Source: Candidatus Dormiibacterota bacterium
GTDB taxonomy: Bacteria > Chloroflexota > Dormibacteria > Aeolococcales > Aeolococcaceae
DNA length: 64,000 nt
NCBI GenBank assembly: GCA_963708605.1
Contig: CAVPTG010000011.1
Span: forward strand, 76,639-140,638
Reading direction: 5' to 3'
The translations under genes and the position numbers were made by a program. Shown one piece after another: positions 1 to 9,717 of the stretch. Within the stretch, counting starts at the first letter, position 1. Each line of letters begins with the position of its first letter. Below the pieces are notes generated by a model. That model saw nothing but the letters and a program-made list of their open reading frames with translations. It had not been told where the DNA came from and did not search any database.

Positions 1-762
1 GACATCACCTTCGTCGCCCTGGCGAGAACGCGATTCGGCGTGGGGGTGGCGCGAGGATCGGGAAGCGCGATCGTGGCTCGCATCCTCGACGTCGTCAGCC
101 TCTCGCTGATCGCGGTTGTCGCCTCCTTCTTCGCCGGAAGCCACGTCCACCCGGCGGTCATCCTGGCCGCCGCCCTGGCCTTCGGCGTCGGTCTCTTCGC
201 ACTCCTCTCGCTGATCATCCCCGGACCCCGGACGCTGGTCACGCGGCTTGCGGCGCGGATCCCCAAGCTTGCCGGGGTCGCCGCGCGTGCCGAGGCCGAG
301 CTCGAAGTGCTCAACAGCCGCGCGCGCTGGGCGAACCTGGTCGGCAGCACGATCTTCTGCCGGGTCGCCACGGTCATCCAGTACGCGGCGCTGATGAGCA
401 TGGTCGGGCTGCACCTGGGGTTCTGGCAGACGTGGTTCGTCCTGTCGATCCGGACCCTGCTCCTGACCATCCCCATCCAGGGCATCGCCGGTATCGGCAC
501 CGGTCAGGCGTGGTGGGCGGGAGCGCTCCTCCTCGAGGGCGTCAACGGCTCGCTTGCGGTCGCCGCCGGGTTGACACTGCAGGCGATCGACCTTGCCGTC
601 TCGCTGCCGGTGGCGGGCATCGGCAGCACCCTGCTGTTCCGCCGCAACCGGGATCGCACTGCCGAGGAGCCGGGCGACGTGGACGAGAGCGAGGAGAAGC
701 CGGGTCGCGACGTGATGGGAACGCCAACCCCGACGTCGCGCGAGCCCCTTCACGTCGCCTGA
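1..762 (+). CDS. integral membrane protein, C-terminal part (UPF0104 / LPG-synthase-TM, flippase-like by resemblance); 5' end outside window
   Basis: Frame 1 is open from the window edge (no stop upstream of the GTG at 40). Hydrophobic helices are [38 protein letters not shown] and LLLTIPIQGIAGIGTG, followed by an acidic/Pro-rich tail. Family assignment is resemblance only. Confidence 0.5.
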   Translation, partial: DITFVALARTRFGVGVARGSGSAIVARILDVVSLSLIAVVASFFAGSHVHPAVILAAALAFGVGLFALLSLIIPGPRTLVTRLAARIPKLAGVAARAEAELEVLNSRARWANLVGSTIFCRVATVIQYAALMSMVGLHLGFWQTWFVLSIRTLLLTIPIQGIAGIGTGQAWWAGALLLEGVNGSLAVAAGLTLQAIDLAVSLPVAGIGSTLLFRRNRDRTAEEPGDVDESEEKPGRDVMGTPTPTSREPLHVA

Positions 763-801
763 GACGGCTGCAGCAGCTCATCACCTGGAGGAGGCGCACC
801 C

Positions 802-2260
802 ATGCCCTTGATCGATCGCGACGGTGAGTACGACGTCGTCGTCATCGGTGCCGGGTCGACCGGCGAGAACGTTGCCGGCCGCGTCGTCAGAGGCGGGCTG
901 ACCTGCGCCGTGGTCGAGAACGAGCTGGTCGGCGGCGACTGCTCGTACTGGGCGTGCATGCCGAGCAAGGCGCTGCTCCGGAGTGGTCAGGCGCTTCGCG
1001 CCGCGCTTGCGGTCGACGGCGCCCGCCAGGCGGTGACCGGCGTCATCGACAGTGCCGCCGTGCTGCGCCGCCGTGACAGCTTCGCCTCCCACTGGAAGGA
1101 CGATTCGCAGGTGCGCTGGCTCGAGACCAACCACATCGATCTCGCCCGCGGGACGGGACGGCTGGCCGGGGAACGCCGGGTCATCGTGACCCCCACGGAG
1201 GGCGCCGAGTTCACCCTCGCCGCCCGCAGCGCCGTGGCGGTCTGCACCGGCAGCCGCGCGTCGATCCCGCCGATCCCGGGGATCGAGTCCGCCGGCGTCT
1301 GGACGAGCCGGGAAGCCACCAGTGCCCAGGCGGTCCCGCGCCGTCTGGTCATCATCGGCGGCGGGGTCGTGGCCTGCGAGATGGCCGACGCGTGGCGCAC
1401 CCTGGGCAGCGAGGAGGTCACGGTCATCGTGCGCGAGGGACGGATCCTCGCCAACACCGAGGATTTCGCCGGCGAGGCGGTGCTCGAACTCCTTCGCAGC
1501 ACGGGGCATCACGGTCCTCCTCGACACCGCTACGGAACGGGTCACCCGCGCCGCAAGCGGCGAGGTGTCCGTCGAGGTAACGGACGCCGGCGGTGGTAAT
1601 CGAAGGACGATCACCGGCGACCAGCTTCTGGTCGCGACGGGACGGGCACCGCGAACCGACGCGATCGGTCTCGACACCGTCGGGCTCCGCCCGGGCTCGT
1701 GGCTCACGGTCGACGACACCTGCCGGGTCGAGGGCGGCGGTGACTGGCTCTACGCGGCCGGCGACCTCAACCACCGGGCGCTGCTCACCCACATGGGCAA
1801 GTACCAGGCGCGCGCCTGCGGTGACGCCATCGTCGCCCGCGTCAAGGGCGACCTCACCGGCGATCCGTCGCCGTGGTCCCACTACGCGGCGACCGCCGAT
1901 CACGCGGCCATTCCCCAGGTCATCTTCACCGACCCGGAGGTCTCGGCCGTGGGTCTGACCCATGCCCAGGCGGTGAAGGCGGGCGTGAATGCCCGGGCCG
2001 TCGACTACGAGATCGGGGACGTCTCCGGGGCCGGATTGATCGCCGACGGCTACAAGGGCCAGGCGCGCATGGTCGTCGACGAGGATCGCAAGGTCCTCGT
2101 CGGCGTCACGTTCACGGGGCCGGGCGTCGGCGATCTCATCCACGCCGCCACGGTGGCGGTGGTCGGCGAGGTGCCCCTCGACCGGCTCTGGCACGCCGTG
2201 CCGTCGTATCCGACCGTGACCGAGATCTGGCTCCGGCTGCTCGAGACCTACGGCCTGTAG
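802..2260 (+). pseudogene. pyridine nucleotide-disulfide oxidoreductase (dihydrolipoyl dehydrogenase family), one frameshift
   Basis: ORFs in frames 1 and 2 make one protein. N-part has FAD fold DVVVIGAGSTGE, redox CxxxxC GGDCSYWACMPSK and NAD fold LVIIGGGVVACE. C-part has LLVATGRAPRTD and dimerisation domain HAVPSYPTVTEIW. The junction LRSTG|ITVLLDT sits at G-run 1503-1506. The span is 3n+1, so one extra base. Confidence 0.8.
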
Positions 2261-2261
2261 G

Positions 2262-3227
2262 TCAGTTGCCGATGTGGTTCGCGGGAACCGCGCCCATCCT
2301 GCCGGCCTGGTAGTCGGCAAGCGCCTGGGCGATCTCGGCATGAGTGTTCATCACGAACGGACCGTAGTGGGCCACGGGCTCGCGGATCGGACGGCCGCCG
2401 AGGATGAGCAGGTCGAGGTTCGGGTGACGGGTCTCCTGGTGCGTCCCCGCGGTCGCGGTGATCACGTCACCGGTACCGAGCGCGGCAAGCTGGCCTGACT
2501 CGATCGGACGCCGCTCCTCACCGACCGTCCCGCTGCCGGACAGCACGTAGATCAGCGCATTGAAGTCACTCGGCCAGGGCAGCACCAGGCGCGCTCCGGG
2601 ACTGACGGTCACGTGCGCGAGCGAGATCGGCGTGTACGTGACGCCCGGGCCGCGATGCCCGGCGACCTCACCGGCGATGACCCTCAGGAGTGCGCCGCCG
2701 TCGTACGAGGTGAGCAGCGCCACGTTTCCGGCGCGGATGTCCTGGTAGCGGGCGGGCACCCACTTCTGCGCGGCGGGGAGGTTCACCCACAGCTGGAAGC
2801 CATGGAAGAGACCGCCGCTCGCGATCAACTCCTCGGGCGGACGCTCGATGTGCAGGATGCCCGCGCCGGCGGTCATCCACTGCGTGTCACCGTTGGTGAT
2901 GAGCCCGCCGCCACCGTTGGAATCCTGGTGCTGAAAGGTGCCGTCGATCATGTACGTGACGGTCTCGAAGCCACGGTGCGGATGCCACGGCGTTCCCTTC
3001 GGCTCGCCGGGCGCGTACTCCACCTCGCCCATCTGGTCCATGTGGATGAACGGGTCGATCAGCGAGGGATCGGTGCCGGCAAATGCGCGGTGGACCGGGA
3101 ACCCTTCGCCCTCGAATCCGCGCGGTGCGGTGACCACGCTGATGACCGGACGGTAGGTCGACGCAGCGGGATCGGGTTGCGGGATGTGCGGCAGCGCGGT
3201 GATGTCGTCAACGGTCACAGCAGGCAT
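2262..3227 (-). CDS. pirin family protein
   Basis: 321 aa. Bicupin pirin motifs PHRGFETVTYMIDG, HQDSNGGGG and QWMTAGAGILHIE. Confidence 0.85.
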   Translation of the reverse strand: MPAVTVDDITALPHIPQPDPAASTYRPVISVVTAPRGFEGEGFPVHRAFAGTDPSLIDPFIHMDQMGEVEYAPGEPKGTPWHPHRGFETVTYMIDGTFQHQDSNGGGGLITNGDTQWMTAGAGILHIERPPEELIASGGLFHGFQLWVNLPAAQKWVPARYQDIRAGNVALLTSYDGGALLRVIAGEVAGHRGPGVTYTPISLAHVTVSPGARLVLPWPSDFNALIYVLSGSGTVGEERRPIESGQLAALGTGDVITATAGTHQETRHPNLDLLILGGRPIREPVAHYGPFVMNTHAEIAQALADYQAGRMGAVPANHIGN

Positions 3228-3239
3228 TTCGAGGTTTCC

Positions 3240-3698
3240 TTAGAGGGCGAGCGCCTTGACCGGCGCCATCACGTGTTCCAGGTCCCAGCTCACGCCGGGG
3301 ACGTCGATGTAGAGCTCGATCTCGTTGCCGTCGGGATCGGTGACGTAGAGGCTGTGGCTCACGGTGTGATCGCTCAGCCCGACCATCGGCACACCCGCTT
3401 CCTGGCAACGCCGCACGGCGTCGCGCAACTCGTCGTCGGAATCTCCGACCTTGAGGCCGAAGTGGTACAGCCCGACGTGCCGACCGCGCGGCAGGGGTTG
3501 CGCATCCTCGCCGACCTCGATCAGCAGCAGTTCGTGGTGAGTTCGGCCGCTGCTGAACAGCGCGACCGGGACTCGGCCGAGTGGACCGTTATCCGAGGAC
3601 TTGAGCTGCCTCCAGCCGAGCACGTCTCGATAAAAGGCGGCCGAGCGCTCGATGTTGTGTACGTACAGGACGAGATGTCCCAGCTCCTTGATCTCCAT
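3240..3698 (-). CDS. VOC family protein (glyoxalase/bleomycin-resistance/dioxygenase fold)
   Basis: 152 aa. LGHLVLYVHNIERSAAFYRDVLGW, HHELLLIE, GLYHFGLKV and HSLYVTDPDGNEIELY are typical paired VOC modules. Confidence 0.75.
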   Translation of the reverse strand: MEIKELGHLVLYVHNIERSAAFYRDVLGWRQLKSSDNGPLGRVPVALFSSGRTHHELLLIEVGEDAQPLPRGRHVGLYHFGLKVGDSDDELRDAVRRCQEAGVPMVGLSDHTVSHSLYVTDPDGNEIELYIDVPGVSWDLEHVMAPVKALAL

Positions 3699-3764
3699 GC
3701 GATGAAGCTTACCCGCAGGGCCTCAGGCGAAACCGGAGGCACCGTTCGGCGCGACTGCGCGAGG

Positions 3765-5222
3765 ATGGACGCCGTGCGCCAGGTGCATCTCACCTCCCAG
3801 CAGATCATCGCGATGATCTACGTGTCCGCGATGTTCATGACCATCCTGGACGCGACCATCGTGTACGTCGCGCTCCCCGCGATCGCCCGAAGCTTCGCGG
3901 TGAGTCCGGCGGCGACCGATGGCGTGGTGGTCGGATTCCTCGTGAGCCTTGCGGTATGGATTCCCGCGTCGGGATGGGTGGGAGACCGGTTCGGCACCAA
4001 GCGCACCTTCCTCGCGGCGATCGCGCTCTTCACCTTCGCCTCGGCGCTGTGCGGTCTTTCGCAATCGGTGCTGGAGTTGGTGCTGTTCCGCATCCTCCAG
4101 GGTGCGGGTGGCGGCATGCTCACCCCGGTCGGCATGGCGATGCTGTACCGCGCCTACCCGCCCGCCCAGCGCGCTCGCGTGGCGAGGCTTCTGGTCATCC
4201 CGACCGTCATGGCGCCGGCGCTGGGTCCGCTCGTCGGGGGCGCGCTGGTCGACAGCCTCTCGTGGCGCTGGGTCTTCTTCGTGAATGTCCCGATTGGCGT
4301 GGCAGCATTTGTCTTCAGCTCGCTCAAGCTCACCGAGCATCGCGAGCGGGCCGGGGAGCGTTTCGATTTCCCCGGATTCGCGCTCTCCGCGGGCGGATTC
4401 GGACTCTTCCTCTTCGCGCTCAGCGAGGCGGCAACTCTCGGTTGGTCGTCGCCGCTGATCATCGCCACCGCCATCGGCGGCGCCGCGCTCGTCTCGCTGC
4501 TGGTCTGGGTCGAACTGCATGCCGATGCCCCGATGATCGACTTCCGGCTACTGCGCTATCGGTTGTTCGGGGTGGCCAACCTGGCCTCGCTGTTTGCCGC
4601 GGGGGGCTTCCTCGGCCTGCTGTTCATCACCCCGATCTGGCTCCAGACCGGACGCGGGATGTCCGCGCTGGTCTCGGGGTCGAGCACTGCCCCCGAGGCG
4701 CTCGGTGTCCTGGTCTCGTCGCAGCTGGTGGGCCGCCTCTATCCGCGCATCGGTCCTCGCCGCCTGATCAGCGGCGGCCTCATCGGGGTGACCGGCGCAA
4801 CCTGCCTCCTCACCGTGGTCATGAACGGAAACCTCTGGCTGTTCCGTGGGGTGATGTTCGCCGTCGGCGCCGGCTGGGCATACGTGGTGATCTCGATGAA
4901 CGCCGGCGTCTTCGCACAGGTCTCCGGCCGCGACACGGGCCGTGCCTCGGCCATGTACAACGCGCAGCGTCAGCTGGCGTCGGCGATCGGCGTCGCCGCG
5001 CTGTCGACCATCATCGGCACCCAGGCGGCAACCTCGAGCCTCGCCGGCAATGTGCCGGTATTCCGCATCGCCATCTTCGCCGCCGCCGGCTTCACCTTCA
5101 CCGGAGCGCTGATAGCGCTGGCAATCCGCGACCGCGACGCCATGCCAACGATGCATCGACGCCAGGCATCCACCGCCGTTCCAGACATCCAACAGGTCCG
5201 CATCCCGATAGACGCGTCCTGA
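3765..5222 (+). CDS. MFS transporter, DHA2 (EmrB/QacA) family
   Basis: ATG 3765 is in frame with ORF 2613-5222, whose upstream part is antisense to the pirin/VOC genes. Motifs LDATIVYVALPAI, GWVGDRFGTKRTF, LFRILQGAGGGML and WRWVFFVNVPIG. Many TM helices. Confidence 0.85.
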   Translation: MDAVRQVHLTSQQIIAMIYVSAMFMTILDATIVYVALPAIARSFAVSPAATDGVVVGFLVSLAVWIPASGWVGDRFGTKRTFLAAIALFTFASALCGLSQSVLELVLFRILQGAGGGMLTPVGMAMLYRAYPPAQRARVARLLVIPTVMAPALGPLVGGALVDSLSWRWVFFVNVPIGVAAFVFSSLKLTEHRERAGERFDFPGFALSAGGFGLFLFALSEAATLGWSSPLIIATAIGGAALVSLLVWVELHADAPMIDFRLLRYRLFGVANLASLFAAGGFLGLLFITPIWLQTGRGMSALVSGSSTAPEALGVLVSSQLVGRLYPRIGPRRLISGGLIGVTGATCLLTVVMNGNLWLFRGVMFAVGAGWAYVVISMNAGVFAQVSGRDTGRASAMYNAQRQLASAIGVAALSTIIGTQAATSSLAGNVPVFRIAIFAAAGFTFTGALIALAIRDRDAMPTMHRRQASTAVPDIQQVRIPIDAS

Positions 5223-5292
5223 ATGGGAGAGGTTTGTCCTGAGCGGCGGTCAGGGCTCCGCTGTCCAGACCCGGTGAGGACTCACGTGCCCC

Positions 5293-5682
5293 TTAGTGGG
5301 AGCAGGATTTGGCTTCGCCGGCGGAGTCGGCCGTCTGGAACGAGTGCCCGCAGCCGCACGTCCGGACGGCGTTCGGGTTGTGGATCGTGAATCCGCCACC
5401 CATCAACTCATCGACGTAGTCGATCTCGGCGCCCTGGAGGTACTGCGAGGAGTACGCGTCCACGTACACCTTGATGCCTCCATCGACGTCCACGACCTGG
5501 TCGTCTTCCTTCGGCGGATTCTCATCCAGGCCCATGCCGTACGAGAAGCCGGAGCACCCACCGGACTGGATGAAGACCCGAAGTCCCAGTGCGCGATCGG
5601 CCGGCTGCTCGGCGATGAGGCCCTTGAGCTGCTCACGGGCGGTGTCGGAGATCGTGACGATGGACGGAGAGGTGATTGCCAT
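5293..5682 (-). CDS. erpA: iron-sulfur cluster insertion protein (HesB/IscA/ErpA family)
   Basis: LGLRVFIQSGGCSGFSYGM plus the C-terminal ligand motif CGCGHSF. Start taken at MAITSPS (alternative 5697). There is an extra C-tail ending KSCSH. Confidence 0.8.
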   Translation of the reverse strand: MAITSPSIVTISDTAREQLKGLIAEQPADRALGLRVFIQSGGCSGFSYGMGLDENPPKEDDQVVDVDGGIKVYVDAYSSQYLQGAEIDYVDELMGGGFTIHNPNAVRTCGCGHSFQTADSAGEAKSCSH

Positions 5683-5700
5683 GACGCTACCAATCATACG

Positions 5701-6591
5701 TCACACCCCCTTCGGGGAAACCTCACCACCGGCCCGAGACCCGTCCGCGACCGGTATTCGACGCGCGCGGCGTTCGCCGAGGAGCCCTCGCGCATGAGCG
5801 TCACCTCCGTGCAGGCGATTGGCCACCGCCCCGAGGAGGATGAACTCGGCCAGGAAGTACAGCCAGCTCGCAAGCAGGAAGACGAGCCCGAGGATCGCCC
5901 CATAGGTTGAGGATCCCTTGGCGAAGTGGGTGAACAGCGGCCACGCCAGGGTCAGGATCTCCATGGCGGTGCCCGCGATGAGCACCCCCCGCCAGAGATC
6001 ACGAACCGGGTAGGTGCGGTTGGGAACCAGTCGATAGATCGCGAGCATGAGAAGGCACCACACGACCAGTCCCACCAGGGGCTCGACGCCCCAGATCGAC
6101 CCGGGGAGCACGACCAGGGAGTTCGCCGCGACCGTCGCCACCAGGGCGATCACGAACAGGATCGTCATCACCAGGGCCATCGCCCGCTGGCGGAGGAAGT
6201 TGCGCTGGCCGACGCCGACGACCACGCCAAGCGAGAACTCCATCCCGGTGAACAGGCTGCTGCCACTCCAGAGCAGGCCGACGATGCCCACGATCCCGAG
6301 GGTGCCGCGGTTCGCCTGCACCTGGAGGAGCAGGGCCTTCAACTCGGCGTGTGCGTCACCGGGGAAGAACCCGACGATTGCGTTGGTCGCGCTCTGCGTC
6401 GCGCCGGGGGACCGAGTGGCATACCCGAGGATCGCCAGCAACCCGAGGATCAGCGGGAACATGCTGACAAAGGCCGTGAATGCCATTCCCGACGCATAGT
6501 TCCCGGCGTGGCTCGCGCCGAAGGCGGCGATCAGCCTGCCGGGGTAGGTGTGTCCAACCCAGGTGGCAACCGCCGAGATGCGCCGCTTCAC
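5701..6591 (-). CDS. YihY/BrkB family membrane protein
   Basis: GTG 6591 (VKRRISAV). Motifs GNYASGMAFTAFVSMFPLIL, GLLWSGSSLF and LASWLYFLAEFILLGA. About 6 TM helices. Confidence 0.75.
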   Translation of the reverse strand: MKRRISAVATWVGHTYPGRLIAAFGASHAGNYASGMAFTAFVSMFPLILGLLAILGYATRSPGATQSATNAIVGFFPGDAHAELKALLLQVQANRGTLGIVGIVGLLWSGSSLFTGMEFSLGVVVGVGQRNFLRQRAMALVMTILFVIALVATVAANSLVVLPGSIWGVEPLVGLVVWCLLMLAIYRLVPNRTYPVRDLWRGVLIAGTAMEILTLAWPLFTHFAKGSSTYGAILGLVFLLASWLYFLAEFILLGAVANRLHGGDAHARGLLGERRARRIPVADGSRAGGEVSPKGV

Positions 6592-6655
6592 GCCATCAGC
6601 CTGACATTCACGGCCCGTGTGCGGCGACGCATCGCCGAGGCCGGGTGGGAGCCGC

Positions 6656-8236
6656 CTAGTCCGTCGCCGTGCTCGTTGCCTCGGCGGCGTATCGAGGGAG
6701 ATGCACGTCGTCCGAACCGGCGAAACGCATCGATCCAGCGACGAGGTGGTGGCCCGCAACCTCGTCGATGAGCCGGAGCATCTCCTTGCAGAGTTGCCGG
6801 TAGCTCGGGTGCCCTTGCGGAGACGTGCGCAGCTCGATCATGTGCATCGCCTCGCGAGCGTTGAGCTTGATGAGGTATCGCATGCGATGACCGAGGGTGA
6901 CGAGGTACGCGGCCTGCTGCGGGAAGGCGTCGACGATCTCGCGGTACGCAGCCTCGGCCTCCCTCACGGCCACGTGCCATCGCTCCCCGAGCCCGGCGTC
7001 GACCACCGCGTCGGGCACCTCGTACCCGAGCGTCGGCGTCAATTCCTGCCACTGCAGCGTGAGCATGCGATGGCGCTGCAGATCGCGGAATGCGCCATAG
7101 TCGGAGATGACCTCGAAGGTGTAGTCGCAGTGCTCGAAACCGCGTCCCGGACGGTGGCGACGGTTGCCCCGATGCCCCACGGCGGCGGCGAACAGCTCGG
7201 CACGACCCACGTCCGAGAGCGGCCGCACAGCGGCGAGCAAGCGTTCCTCTGACGCATGCGAATAGGGAAACAGCGCAGCGGCGAGGATGCGGTCCTCGCC
7301 GTCGCCATCCCAATCGACCAATGTCACACCGGGCGGCCCCCATTCGTTCTCGGGGGACAGGACGCCGGCATCACCGGCGAGGGCGGCCGCGGTCTCGCGC
7401 AGGTAATCGACCCACGCGCCGCCGCGATCGGGGCGGTCGAGGCGGGTCAGGAACTCCGGGATCAGCCGCTGGAGCTCGGTATTGATGAGCTCCGCATAGG
7501 CTCGCGCTTCCGGCAACGGGTGGGCGCGGAGACGGAGGACCAGCTGCTCGTATGCCTGCGGTGAGGCGAACATGCCGACGTTGCTCACCGTCCCGGCCGG
7601 GAGCAGCCCGCGCATCAGGTCGAGCGCCAGCGCGCGGATGGCCCGCTTGCGGGCGTTCGCGTCCGGCTCCTGCGGCAGCGTCTCGTCGAGATGCTTCGTC
7701 AGCGGCTCGCGCAACTCCGAATAGGTGTCGAACAGCATGTCCATGGCGCGGAGGTAGGTGGCTCCGAGCGGCGACGCGACCACCTCGCGGTCACGGAGGT
7801 AGCGATAGTGACCGTCGCGGCGGTCGGTGTATGGGATGTAGCGCGTCGACTGTTCGAGGTAGGCGGCGAGCCGCCCCCATTCGATTGCCTTGGCAAGCGG
7901 CTGCGAGACCTGCTCGCAGGCGAGATGCACTCCCGCGAGCTGCGCCACCGAGTCGTCCCCGTACTCCGCGAGCACCCGGCCGAACAGATCCGAGGCACGC
8001 TCGCGCCCGGCATCACCGGTTGTCGCGCCGGCCCGGTCTGCGCCGGCGAGGAACTCGTCGACGAGCAGGCGGCGAAGGCTCTTCGAGCTGCGGCTGTAGC
8101 GCGCGAACAGGGCCGCAGCGGTCACCTGGGGCAGGTTGGTCAGGGCGAACACCGGCAGGTTGAGGTTGGTCACGTGCGGCGCGAGCAGCGCCTGCTCTTC
8201 GGCCGTGAAGGCTTCGACGTAGTAGTCGGCGTTCAT
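6656..8236 (-). CDS. double-length ThyX (Thy1)-family, FAD-dependent thymidylate synthase-like protein
   Basis: ATG 8236 (MNADYYVEAF), 526 aa. The C-terminal half carries a ThyX-type region DYGAFRDLQRHRMLT (RHRxxS with Thr for Ser) and NAREAMHMIELRTSPQGHPSYR. Confidence 0.55.
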   Translation of the reverse strand: MNADYYVEAFTAEEQALLAPHVTNLNLPVFALTNLPQVTAAALFARYSRSSKSLRRLLVDEFLAGADRAGATTGDAGRERASDLFGRVLAEYGDDSVAQLAGVHLACEQVSQPLAKAIEWGRLAAYLEQSTRYIPYTDRRDGHYRYLRDREVVASPLGATYLRAMDMLFDTYSELREPLTKHLDETLPQEPDANARKRAIRALALDLMRGLLPAGTVSNVGMFASPQAYEQLVLRLRAHPLPEARAYAELINTELQRLIPEFLTRLDRPDRGGAWVDYLRETAAALAGDAGVLSPENEWGPPGVTLVDWDGDGEDRILAAALFPYSHASEERLLAAVRPLSDVGRAELFAAAVGHRGNRRHRPGRGFEHCDYTFEVISDYGAFRDLQRHRMLTLQWQELTPTLGYEVPDAVVDAGLGERWHVAVREAEAAYREIVDAFPQQAAYLVTLGHRMRYLIKLNAREAMHMIELRTSPQGHPSYRQLCKEMLRLIDEVAGHHLVAGSMRFAGSDDVHLPRYAAEATSTATD

Positions 8237-8302
8237 CGCACGCAACTCTACGGACCGGCGAGGCTGGACCAGCGCCGGGGTGGGGTGTGGTGCGATCTCG
8301 TC

Positions 8303-8308
8303 TACAAT
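8303..8308 (+). promoter_or_regulatory. -10-like hexamer TACAAT, 9 nt before ATG 8318 (leaderless or near-leaderless mRNA candidate)
   Basis: TACAAT is read directly at 8303-8308. There is no Shine-Dalgarno-like purine run between it and the ATG. Confidence 0.3.
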
Positions 8309-8317
8309 CCGGGCCCA

Positions 8318-9628
8318 ATGGCCGGCGCCGCCGTCCCGACCCCGCGCTTCCTGGCCGACGTCTACGAGGCGGCGAGCGAGTGCAACAAGTGCTCGCTGTG
8401 TCAGGCCACGTGTCCCGCGTACGTCGTCAATCCCGTGGAATGGGAGACGGCTCGCGGACGCATCGCGCTGATCCGTGACGCCATGGAAGGTCGCCTCGAG
8501 CTGCGCGACATCGAGGACGGCCCGCTCTCGACCTGTCTCACCTGCGACAACTGCGTCGCGGCCTGCGCGCCACGGGTGCCGACCGGTCACATCGTGAGCC
8601 GCGCGCGCCAGGAGCTGCATGCGCAGGAGGGCTACCCGTGGGCCCAGTCCTTCGCGCTGCGCAGCATCCTGCCACGGCCGGGCGCGCTGCGCGCACTGCA
8701 CGGTTTCGCCCGCTTCACACGGCGCACGGGGCTGTACGGGCTCGCCCGCCGGACCGGCTTGCTGTCATGGCTCGGCACCCTCGGTGCGCTCGCCGAACAG
8801 GGCGGCCCGCCGCCCGACAGGACCGTGCACCAGATGCTCGGCGATCTTCCCGAGGCCGCGCAACCGGTGCGCGGCACGGTGGCGATGCTGGTGTGCTGCC
8901 TCTCGAATCTCACCGCGCCCGAGGCCACCGAGGCAACCATTCGAGTGCTCCTCGCGTCCGGCTACGCCGTGCATGTCCCGCAGCTGGGCTGCAGCGGCCT
9001 CCCCGCGCGCACCCTCGGTGATCGCGACGCCATGGTGGACATGGCGATCAAGAACACCGGGGTGTTGCATCATCTCGACGTCGATGCGTACATCGGCGAC
9101 ACCGCGTCCTGCACCGAGCACTACCGCGAGTACGGCGGCATCGCCGGCGACGATCGTCAGGTGGGCGATCGTGCGCGCGAGATCGCGCAACACACCGCGC
9201 TTGCCAGCGACTTTCTCGATCGCAACGGCGTGCGCGGGACCCTCGGTCCGCTGCGCTGGCGCGTGACCATCGACGAACCCTGCGCGCTGCCGATCGACGG
9301 CCCCGAGCGCGGCGCGATGCGGCGACTCCTCGAGCAGATCCCCCATCTCGAGTTGGTGCCGCTGCACGAGCGGGCGATGTGCTGCGGCGGGGCGGGCACG
9401 TACTTCGCCCGTCAACCCGAGCGCAGCGAGGCGATCCTGCAGCGCAAGTTCGAGAACATCCGCGCCAGTGGCGCGGAGATCGTGGTCACCGAGAACATCT
9501 CCTGCCTGCTCCAGCTTCGCGCCGGAGCGGCACGCTACGCGCCCAACGTGAAGGTCATGCACGTCATGGAGGTGATGCTCGCCTCGCTCCAGGGCGCCGA
9601 GCGCCGGCGCGCCGTGCTCGCGGGCTAG
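8318..9628 (+). CDS. (Fe-S)-binding oxidoreductase, GlcF/LutA/HdrD-like (2x[4Fe-4S] + CCG domains)
   Basis: 436 aa. Ferredoxin motifs CNKCSLCQATCP and CLTCDNCVAACAP. Cys-rich CCG-type regions MLVCCLSN and AMCCGGAGTYF. Confidence 0.75.
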   Translation: MAGAAVPTPRFLADVYEAASECNKCSLCQATCPAYVVNPVEWETARGRIALIRDAMEGRLELRDIEDGPLSTCLTCDNCVAACAPRVPTGHIVSRARQELHAQEGYPWAQSFALRSILPRPGALRALHGFARFTRRTGLYGLARRTGLLSWLGTLGALAEQGGPPPDRTVHQMLGDLPEAAQPVRGTVAMLVCCLSNLTAPEATEATIRVLLASGYAVHVPQLGCSGLPARTLGDRDAMVDMAIKNTGVLHHLDVDAYIGDTASCTEHYREYGGIAGDDRQVGDRAREIAQHTALASDFLDRNGVRGTLGPLRWRVTIDEPCALPIDGPERGAMRRLLEQIPHLELVPLHERAMCCGGAGTYFARQPERSEAILQRKFENIRASGAEIVVTENISCLLQLRAGAARYAPNVKVMHVMEVMLASLQGAERRRAVLAG

Positions 9629-9717
9629 AGGGATTCTCGGAACAAACTGTGGCTTCGGCTACCTCGCCGCGAGGGCGCTGCACCAATGGTGCCCGTTACC
9701 ACGCTCCGAGAGGATCG

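Noticed and set aside
2613-3764. N-terminal 384 codons of the 869-aa ORF that ends as the MFS transporter.
   Set aside because: This part overlaps the pirin and VOC genes on the opposite strand and has no transporter-like or other protein-like features. The transporter begins at ATG 3765, just before its first TM helix.
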